From a virus (taxonomy: Duplodnaviria; Heunggongvirae; Uroviricota; Caudoviricetes): a stretch of 40,734 nucleotides of DNA. Numbering within the stretch: the first letter of the stretch is position 1; each line of letters begins with the position of its first letter. The position numbers and the translations under genes are program-made. Of the stretch, positions 35,177-40,734 are shown one piece after another. The DNA is taken from positions 64,001 through 104,734 of IMG/VR virus record IMGVR_UViG_3300049203_000077; one strand, written 5' to 3'. The notes under the pieces were generated by a model. The model was not told the origin of the DNA, did not search any database, and saw only the letters and a list, made by a program, of their open reading frames with translations.

Positions 35177-37819
35177 TTATCCACATTTTGAGCTGCCACA
35201 TTCTAAACATGTTCCACAGCCTTCTTCAAATTTTACATTGGATGAGCCACATTCAGAACATTTATAACGTTCTAAAAGCTCTTTTTCAGGAATGTATTTC
35301 TTTAAGGTACGAGCTAAGGCTTTACCAAAGCTTACTACCTCTAAGGGACATTTATCAATTTGTTCAATAATGAACTTAGGGTTGACACCATGACGCATCA
35401 TTCCCGATACTAGGCGTGTAAGAACCTGTTCGTCAACATGTGCGTCGCGATTTTGTATATTTTCAATTGTCCGTCCTTTATCGTAAGTAAAGCTGTAGTG
35501 TCCTTTCTTGACTTTAGTGACAATACCCTTCCCATTTGTTGGTTTTTCGTCCTCTTCTTCGGAGCTAAAGGCAAATACCTCATACGGTTTATTATTTAAA
35601 AGTCCAACAATTACAGCATAAGAGTTACCCTTCACTCTAATAGAGTGACATTCAGCCTCTAATGACTTAGGACGTTTTGGAGCATCGTGATAAACCAAAT
35701 CATTCCCGTCACTAGACTTGCTTGTAACAAGCACGCCACTACGAGAACCATCACGATATACAGTAACTCCTTTAAGACCAGCTTTCCACGCTTTAAAGTA
35801 TATGTCAGATACTGTTTGTTTTGATACATCTTTTGGTAAATTTAAGGTTGAACTAATAGCATTTGTGGTGTATTTCTGGATAATTGATTGAATTTCAATA
35901 CGCTTCTCCCATGAAATATCATTTGCACAACTTCCATAGTATGGAGAGTTTTCAAATAAGTACTGCATCTCCTCTTTAGTCATATTTTCAATTTCCTTAT
36001 CCTCGAAAAGATTCATGTGTTGTCTATTGATATCGTACCATTCTTTAAATCCACCCATTACTACAGGATAAGTCATCCAACAATCCCCGTTCTGATCTTT
36101 GAAGTCAACACGAGCATCTTTATCAGAAGGATTCACTTTTTTATTTCTAAAGTGGTAAGGCAAGAAGCAAGGCTCAAGTCCCCCAGTAGTGTTAGAATAC
36201 TTAATGAGGAGAGCTACAATACTTACAGTACCAGTAGGTGCTACGGTAGACCAACTTACGTTACGTCTTCCGTAGACAAACATTCTCTCTACCTGTTCAG
36301 GAAACTCTTTACAAAGCATCTGATAGAAAGAGTTCAGTCCTACAATCTGTCTTTTCTCATTGAGGAAGCCTTCACCAAGCTCTAAATCTCTATCCCATCC
36401 AGTAAATGTTCCACGTAGTATAGCTAGGTCAATAGTACAATCTAGCTCTGCTCGCATTTTAGCCTTCATTACTTCTTCAGTAACCTTGAGAGCTTCATCA
36501 GAATCATATTTCAATCCTAATGCTGCCAACATGTCACCAAGAGCAGTGAATCCACAACCAGTCCGCCTAGAAGCAGAAGCCGTTTCTTTTACTTTCTCCC
36601 AAAGATTAAGCTCTGTGGCTTTAATATCATCGGGTTCTGGATCAGCCTTAATTTTAGCGATAATCTTGTCTACATACTCGATTTCGAGGTCAACAATATC
36701 ATCTGCTAAACGTTGTTGAATATAGAATACTTCGTATACTTTTTCATAGTCAATACTCGCGTTCCTCGTAAACGGATTACGAACAAAGCTAAATAGATTG
36801 ACCGCAAGCAATCTACAGGCGTCATAAGCTTGTAACCATTGCTCACCGCATGGATTGGAAGCAATAGCTCTAAATACTTCATAGACACCTTCTGGAGAAT
36901 AATCTTGTACTCGATCCATGAAAGCTACGCCGGGTTCAGCATTCTCCCATGCCATCTCTACGATAAGGTCAAAGACTTCACGAGCTTTCACTTTCATTGC
37001 TGCAATTTCGCCTTTACCTTCTACCTTTATATTTACGATAGTATTATAAGCAGCACCTTCAAGCTCATCAATACTTACACTAGCATCAATAGGAAAACGA
37101 CATACAAAATCGCTATCCTTTTCTACAGCATTCATAAATTCATCCACTATCTGAACACTTACATTGGCTCCTGTTACCTGTGTGCGGTCTTTCTTCTTGA
37201 TAATGAACTGTCTAACATCAGGGTGTAGAATGCTCATTAGAAGCATTAAAGCTCCTCGTCTTCCATTTTGAGCAACTTCGCGTGTAGTGTTCGAAAACCT
37301 AGACATAAAGCTATGTGCGCCAGTAGAAGTACCGGCAGCGTTAAGCACAACAGCATCATCATATCGAAGTTTGTTAAGAGTTGTGCCGACTCCTCCTCTA
37401 CGCTTTTCGAGTTGGGCGATTTCTTGGTCTGCTTTGAATATTCCTCCATAAGAATCAAGTGGTTCTGGTACAACAAAACAATTAGATAGAGACTGTAACT
37501 TATAATGGTTACCAAGTCCAGACATAATAGACCCCTGAGGTATTATCCATTTGAACTTGTGTAGGTACTCCATTATCTCAGCCGCACTAAGTGCTCTAAA
37601 ATGGTCTTTACCAAATGTAGATAGAGCTCCATAATTTAATGGTCTGCCATCCATATACCTCTCTTCTGCTCTAGCTAATTCTCTTGCCATGCGAACATGC
37701 ATGTCGTAAGGTGTTGTTTCTACAACCTCTTTTTTCTCATTCTTTAGTGCATACTTACCATACCATACTGATGCTGAAAGTTCGTCGCCGTTAAAATAGT
37801 CTAATAGTTCTTTCGTCAT
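35177..37819 (-). CDS. nrdJ: Class II (adenosylcobalamin-dependent) ribonucleotide reductase (880 aa)
   Basis: SLSNCFV, ASNPCGEQ, TVAPTGTVS; C-terminal TSCPD-like domain and CxxC...EEGCxxCxxCGxSKCG tail; no NrdB gene in the window. Confidence 0.92.
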   Translation of the reverse strand: MTKELLDYFNGDELSASVWYGKYALKNEKKEVVETTPYDMHVRMARELARAEERYMDGRPLNYGALSTFGKDHFRALSAAEIMEYLHKFKWIIPQGSIMSGLGNHYKLQSLSNCFVVPEPLDSYGGIFKADQEIAQLEKRRGGVGTTLNKLRYDDAVVLNAAGTSTGAHSFMSRFSNTTREVAQNGRRGALMLLMSILHPDVRQFIIKKKDRTQVTGANVSVQIVDEFMNAVEKDSDFVCRFPIDASVSIDELEGAAYNTIVNIKVEGKGEIAAMKVKAREVFDLIVEMAWENAEPGVAFMDRVQDYSPEGVYEVFRAIASNPCGEQWLQAYDACRLLAVNLFSFVRNPFTRNASIDYEKVYEVFYIQQRLADDIVDLEIEYVDKIIAKIKADPEPDDIKATELNLWEKVKETASASRRTGCGFTALGDMLAALGLKYDSDEALKVTEEVMKAKMRAELDCTIDLAILRGTFTGWDRDLELGEGFLNEKRQIVGLNSFYQMLCKEFPEQVERMFVYGRRNVSWSTVAPTGTVSIVALLIKYSNTTGGLEPCFLPYHFRNKKVNPSDKDARVDFKDQNGDCWMTYPVVMGGFKEWYDINRQHMNLFEDKEIENMTKEEMQYLFENSPYYGSCANDISWEKRIEIQSIIQKYTTNAISSTLNLPKDVSKQTVSDIYFKAWKAGLKGVTVYRDGSRSGVLVTSKSSDGNDLVYHDAPKRPKSLEAECHSIRVKGNSYAVIVGLLNNKPYEVFAFSSEEEDEKPTNGKGIVTKVKKGHYSFTYDKGRTIENIQNRDAHVDEQVLTRLVSGMMRHGVNPKFIIEQIDKCPLEVVSFGKALARTLKKYIPEKELLERYKCSECGSSNVKFEEGCGTCLECGSSKCG

Positions 37820-37843
37820 TAATTATATAAAAAATTTAGCTTG

Positions 37844-37851
37844 CAAAAATA
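37844..37851 (-). promoter_or_regulatory. TATTTTTG -7 promoter box upstream of nrdJ
   Basis: Reverse complement of CAAAAATA in the divergent intergenic region. Confidence 0.5.
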
Positions 37852-37890
37852 ATCAAATCAATTGAGAGAAAAAAATTTATTAAAAATATT

Positions 37891-37920
37891 TTGTAATATC
37901 GTTTATTCATCTTACCTTTG
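37891..37920 (+). promoter_or_regulatory. Consensus Bacteroidota promoter TTG-N19-TACCTTTG driving the + strand island
   Basis: TTG at 37891-37893, TACCTTTG at 37913-37920. Confidence 0.75.
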
Positions 37921-37937
37921 TGTAACATAAGTTGATT

Positions 37938-38402
37938 ATGGCTCAAAGAAAAAACAAAGAACGTAAACAAAAATTATTAAAATACAAAAAATCAAAAGTA
38001 ATGAGTGAATCAAAAGCGCCTGAAATGAGACCGTTCCGCCAAGTACCAAACTGGTCAAGTACTGAAAAGTTTGATATAAATGGTGAAGAACTAGGTGCAT
38101 TGTATAATTTTTTCAATATCTTCGCACCAGCCTATACTGCTTTCCAGCAAGTGTTTGCCCGTGGTTATAAGTCAGGTAAGGTGACAGTTTCATACGAGGA
38201 TTTAGAGGGTAACCCTATTCATAACGATGAAATTGAGCAGTTTACACAGAAGTTGAATGAACATTTTCAGGCAGAGAATGCGAAAAAAGAAGGTAAAGTG
38301 ATAGATGGAGATGTTCCATCGCAAAATGCGAAAATCGTGTCATTTACAGGCGAGAGATTAACTAAGGAACAAGTCGATTCGACTCTTCCATTAGAAGACT
38401 AA
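37938..38402 (+). CDS. Hypothetical protein (154 aa from ATG 37938; track uses TTG 37932)
   Basis: Basic N-terminus; behind a consensus promoter; coupled to the HNH gene (TAATG). Confidence 0.7.
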   Translation: MAQRKNKERKQKLLKYKKSKVMSESKAPEMRPFRQVPNWSSTEKFDINGEELGALYNFFNIFAPAYTAFQQVFARGYKSGKVTVSYEDLEGNPIHNDEIEQFTQKLNEHFQAENAKKEGKVIDGDVPSQNAKIVSFTGERLTKEQVDSTLPLED

Positions 38403-38812
38403 TGAAAGAAGTCTGGAAAGACATTAAAGGTTATGAGAAACTCTATCAGGTGTCAAATCTTGGTAGAGTTTCTTCTTTGCGTTTTAGCAAGCCTAAGATT
38501 CTTAAAACAAGAATTAAAAATGGTTATGAATATATTAATTTAGGTATTGATAATAAACGTAAAACCTTTCTAGTTCATAGACTTATAGCAGAAACCTTTA
38601 TAGAAAATCCAAATCCTGATTTATATACACAAGTACATCATATAAACAGTATCAGAAATGATAACCGAGTAGAGAATTTACTTTGGTGTACACAAATTCA
38701 GAACTTGGATTTTATAAATAGAAATCTTTTACATAAGGTAATCTCCAATATTCTCAGAAATAATCCAGAAATTGTAGATATTCCTTCTTTATTACTCTAT
38801 TTAAGCAAATAA
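38402..38812 (+). CDS. NUMOD4-HNH homing endonuclease (136 aa)
   Basis: EVWKDIKGYEKLYQVSNLGRV (NUMOD4); VHRLIAETF...QVHHINSIRNDNRVENLLWCT...N (HNH). Confidence 0.9.
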   Translation: MKEVWKDIKGYEKLYQVSNLGRVSSLRFSKPKILKTRIKNGYEYINLGIDNKRKTFLVHRLIAETFIENPNPDLYTQVHHINSIRNDNRVENLLWCTQIQNLDFINRNLLHKVISNILRNNPEIVDIPSLLLYLSK

Positions 38813-38825
38813 AGTCCCCCTTTTT

Positions 38826-39116
38826 TTATCTTAAATTTTCATAAGCACTAATAACAGTCTGTATGTGCTCAACTTCTGAAGGATCAAGTTTTCGCACAGT
38901 GTATTTATAGGCTTGAGAATTGTACCCATCTTCACTTCCGCGAAGATCGTCCTCATCAACGTATTCTTCTCCATCGAGATACTTACCTTCAGGTGTAGTT
39001 TTATACCAATCACTATCAGTTATAAACTTTTTTATTCCACCTTTATCAGGAGAACCATGTGGGTCAACAAAATAAGTTGTTTGAGTTACTAGGAATCTAT
39101 CGTCTGTTTTTGCCAT
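38826..39116 (-). CDS. Hypothetical acidic protein (96 aa)
   Basis: ORF in operon order behind the acidic peptide; A-rich upstream region. Confidence 0.6.
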   Translation of the reverse strand: MAKTDDRFLVTQTTYFVDPHGSPDKGGIKKFITDSDWYKTTPEGKYLDGEEYVDEDDLRGSEDGYNSQAYKYTVRKLDPSEVEHIQTVISAYENLR

Positions 39117-39124
39117 AATTTATT

Positions 39125-39295
39125 TTATTGTAACCAAGACCAGTCGTTATCAATAAAGTCCGGAAAATCTTCTTCTAATTCATCTTCTGGAAAAAGATCG
39201 TCGTCATCAATATTACTGTCTTCTACTAAAATATCGGTGTCATCATAATCTTGAAGGAATGATGAGAATGGTGAATTTTCTTCGAAATAGTTCAT
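39125..39295 (-). CDS. 56-aa extremely acidic peptide, possible DNA mimic; not in the ORF track
   Basis: Translated by hand: MNYFEENSPFSSFLQDYDDTDILVEDSNIDDDDLFPEDELEEDFPDFIDNDWSWLQ; 4-nt and 8-nt gaps to its neighbours. Confidence 0.65.
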   Translation of the reverse strand: MNYFEENSPFSSFLQDYDDTDILVEDSNIDDDDLFPEDELEEDFPDFIDNDWSWLQ

Positions 39296-39299
39296 AATA

Positions 39300-40436
39300 T
39301 TAATTCTCCAATGCTACATCTGTATGAGTAGCCCTTAAAAATTTACGAATGTCTGTATTAAGTTCTTTTAAATATTGTTTTTCGATAACATCTTCTGGAA
39401 GACTACTGCGAAGGAATGCCTCATCAATGGCTGTTATTTTTTCCTGAGCATGTTTTAGAATATCCTCAAGATTGTGTTTTCCGTGACGTATCTCTTTCAA
39501 ATACTCAGCGTTCTGGCGTCTTACAATGAGTTCACCATATTCTGCAATATCAAGAGCAGTCTCAATTAGACGTATGCAATGAAGCATGTTTTTACCATCT
39601 ATTTGTTGACCATGATTCTCAATATCTACATACCTCTGAGTATTACGGTTTTTCAACCATGTTTGGTATTCGTTATAAGCCTTACAATGCTGGGTATATC
39701 CGTCTTTGTTAAAGTACATTATACCAATACCATACGCGTCTTCAGGAATAGAGGATAGAGAAATATCGTTAGATGTGCTCTCATCTTGTACTATTCCTCG
39801 AAACATATATTTAGCATCATGAAACAGGTTGTACAAATCCCGAGTATGAGGAATTGCGGCTACTCCCATTAGTTTAATCTGACTGAGAGCAAAGGTTTTC
39901 TTCATGGGGTAGGTTTTGTACTTTTCATCTGTACTTGGTTCCATTGAATTACTTATAAAGTAACAGAAGTCCAAAACAGATTTACGTTCAATCTTTTCTT
40001 TCTCCCAGTTCATTTTCTTATTTAGCCCTTTGGCCTTCTCAATCTGAGAGATAGCATATCCTCCAAAAGAGAGTCTACACTTTTTAGTTAAGAAGCTATT
40101 TCTCTGACGTATTATCATATCAAACACCTTGTGTTTGTATATAATCATGTCTTCAGGACTAAATAATAGTTCAAGAATGGTAGGGTTAGCCTTCTCAGCT
40201 AATTCCAGAAACCTTGACAACTCATAGGCTGTTTCATCTTTAGAAATGTTAATTTGTGGGCGTGGACCATTAATAAAATAGTCATCCGCGCTTTGAACAT
40301 ATATCCATTTCTTATCAATATCAGATCCTTCAACGTTTGTACCGTAGGCATGAGAGCCTACGATACACCCGAAGATAATTGTATTTCCGTTGCCTAATTT
40401 AGGAAGATCAGGCGATGAATTCCTTGCTATTACCAT
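39300..40436 (-). CDS. Pol-beta-superfamily nucleotidyltransferase of RlaP/Nuc-transf type (378 aa)
   Basis: GSHAYGTNVEGSDIDKK (GS..DxD motif); NPTILELLF; DGKNMLHCIRL; SD-like AAGGAGG upstream. Confidence 0.8.
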   Translation of the reverse strand: MVIARNSSPDLPKLGNGNTIIFGCIVGSHAYGTNVEGSDIDKKWIYVQSADDYFINGPRPQINISKDETAYELSRFLELAEKANPTILELLFSPEDMIIYKHKVFDMIIRQRNSFLTKKCRLSFGGYAISQIEKAKGLNKKMNWEKEKIERKSVLDFCYFISNSMEPSTDEKYKTYPMKKTFALSQIKLMGVAAIPHTRDLYNLFHDAKYMFRGIVQDESTSNDISLSSIPEDAYGIGIMYFNKDGYTQHCKAYNEYQTWLKNRNTQRYVDIENHGQQIDGKNMLHCIRLIETALDIAEYGELIVRRQNAEYLKEIRHGKHNLEDILKHAQEKITAIDEAFLRSSLPEDVIEKQYLKELNTDIRKFLRATHTDVALEN

Positions 40437-40734
40437 AATATTTTTCCTCCTTTATTTTAGGCATTTCTTTGTACTTTCTTCGTAATTTTTTCTTAGGATA
40501 AAGTGCTGGTATAGGAATACCATTTCTTTCAAGATATCTCCATAAACTGTCTCTACTTGCCCATTTGACACGAAGATTATCGCGATAATAGTCTGTATTT
40601 AGAATACGACTATCAGCATACTCATTTACCCATATACCACCAGATCGAGTTTTATTGACTATAACACCATGTCTTGCATCATAAGCAGGAGATATTTGAG
40701 TACCATTAATAGTTACTATTAAGAAGCGAACGCT
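40408..40734 (-). CDS. 3' part of a hypothetical gene running off the window end (partial, about 108 aa)
   Basis: Open minus-strand frame from 40734 to TGA at 40408-40410 (...RVKWASRDSLWRYLERNGIPIPALYPKKKLRRKY...). Confidence 0.5.
   Translation of the reverse strand, partial: SVRFLIVTINGTQISPAYDARHGVIVNKTRSGGIWVNEYADSRILNTDYYRDNLRVKWASRDSLWRYLERNGIPIPALYPKKKLRRKYKEMPKIKEEKYYGNSKEFIA

Noticed and set aside
35177-37819. Intron or intein in nrdJ, recA or the vRNAP gene
   Set aside because: ORFs are continuous, nrdJ and recA are of ordinary length, and I saw no splicing motifs. The vRNAP has no internal Cys or HN-C/S/T junction that I could identify.
32590-39013. Overlapping ORFs within thyX, the Tad1-like gene, nrdJ and the 96-aa gene (e.g. 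35089-35370, 36017-36385, 36360-36719, 36839-37228, 38831-39013)
   Set aside because: They overlap well-supported genes and lack motifs.
1-40734. Stop-codon reassignment, as in some crAss-like phages
   Set aside because: All genes read through as long ORFs in the standard code, and no suppressor tRNA is visible in this window.
1-40734. CRISPR array, diversity-generating retroelement, invertible shufflon, tRNA genes
   Set aside because: No spaced repeat array, reverse transcriptase, recombinase with inverted repeats or cloverleaf was found by eye; a tRNAscan/Infernal run would be needed to exclude small RNAs.

Overview
This window is part of an AT-rich lytic phage genome of the crAss-like (Crassvirales-type) podovirus group. 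The host is most likely Bacteroidota, because TAnnTTTG (-7 box) promoters recur upstream of operons. No tRNA, CRISPR array, integrase or stop-codon recoding was seen. The + strand (1-30066) is the late/virion module: a cluster of giant ejected cargo proteins (831, 3782, 859 and 1318 aa), including a virion RNA polymerase (DFDID motif, zincin HExxH) whose C-terminal part appears split off as a separate gene. It also holds a lysis cassette (holin-like, spanin-like, GH24 lysozyme) and fibre/tailspike genes. A bidirectional terminator near 30.1 kb separates it from a - strand replication/nucleotide module (RecA, ThyX, dUTPase, MazG-like, class II RNR, RlaP-like nucleotidyltransferase). That module carries a Tad1-like anti-Thoeris sponge, an orphan HisKA-like protein, two stand-alone AP2-type proteins and a very acidic 56-aa peptide, and a small + strand island with a NUMOD4-HNH endonuclease interrupts it. 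The most striking observation: the four giant cargo proteins (6790 aa in total) contain only four cysteines by my reading, all at the facing termini of consecutive genes (...VRC* / MAC......DDC* / MKC...). This suggests a head-to-tail Cys-linked ejection chain. All family assignments come from recognising motifs by eye; no database search was run.
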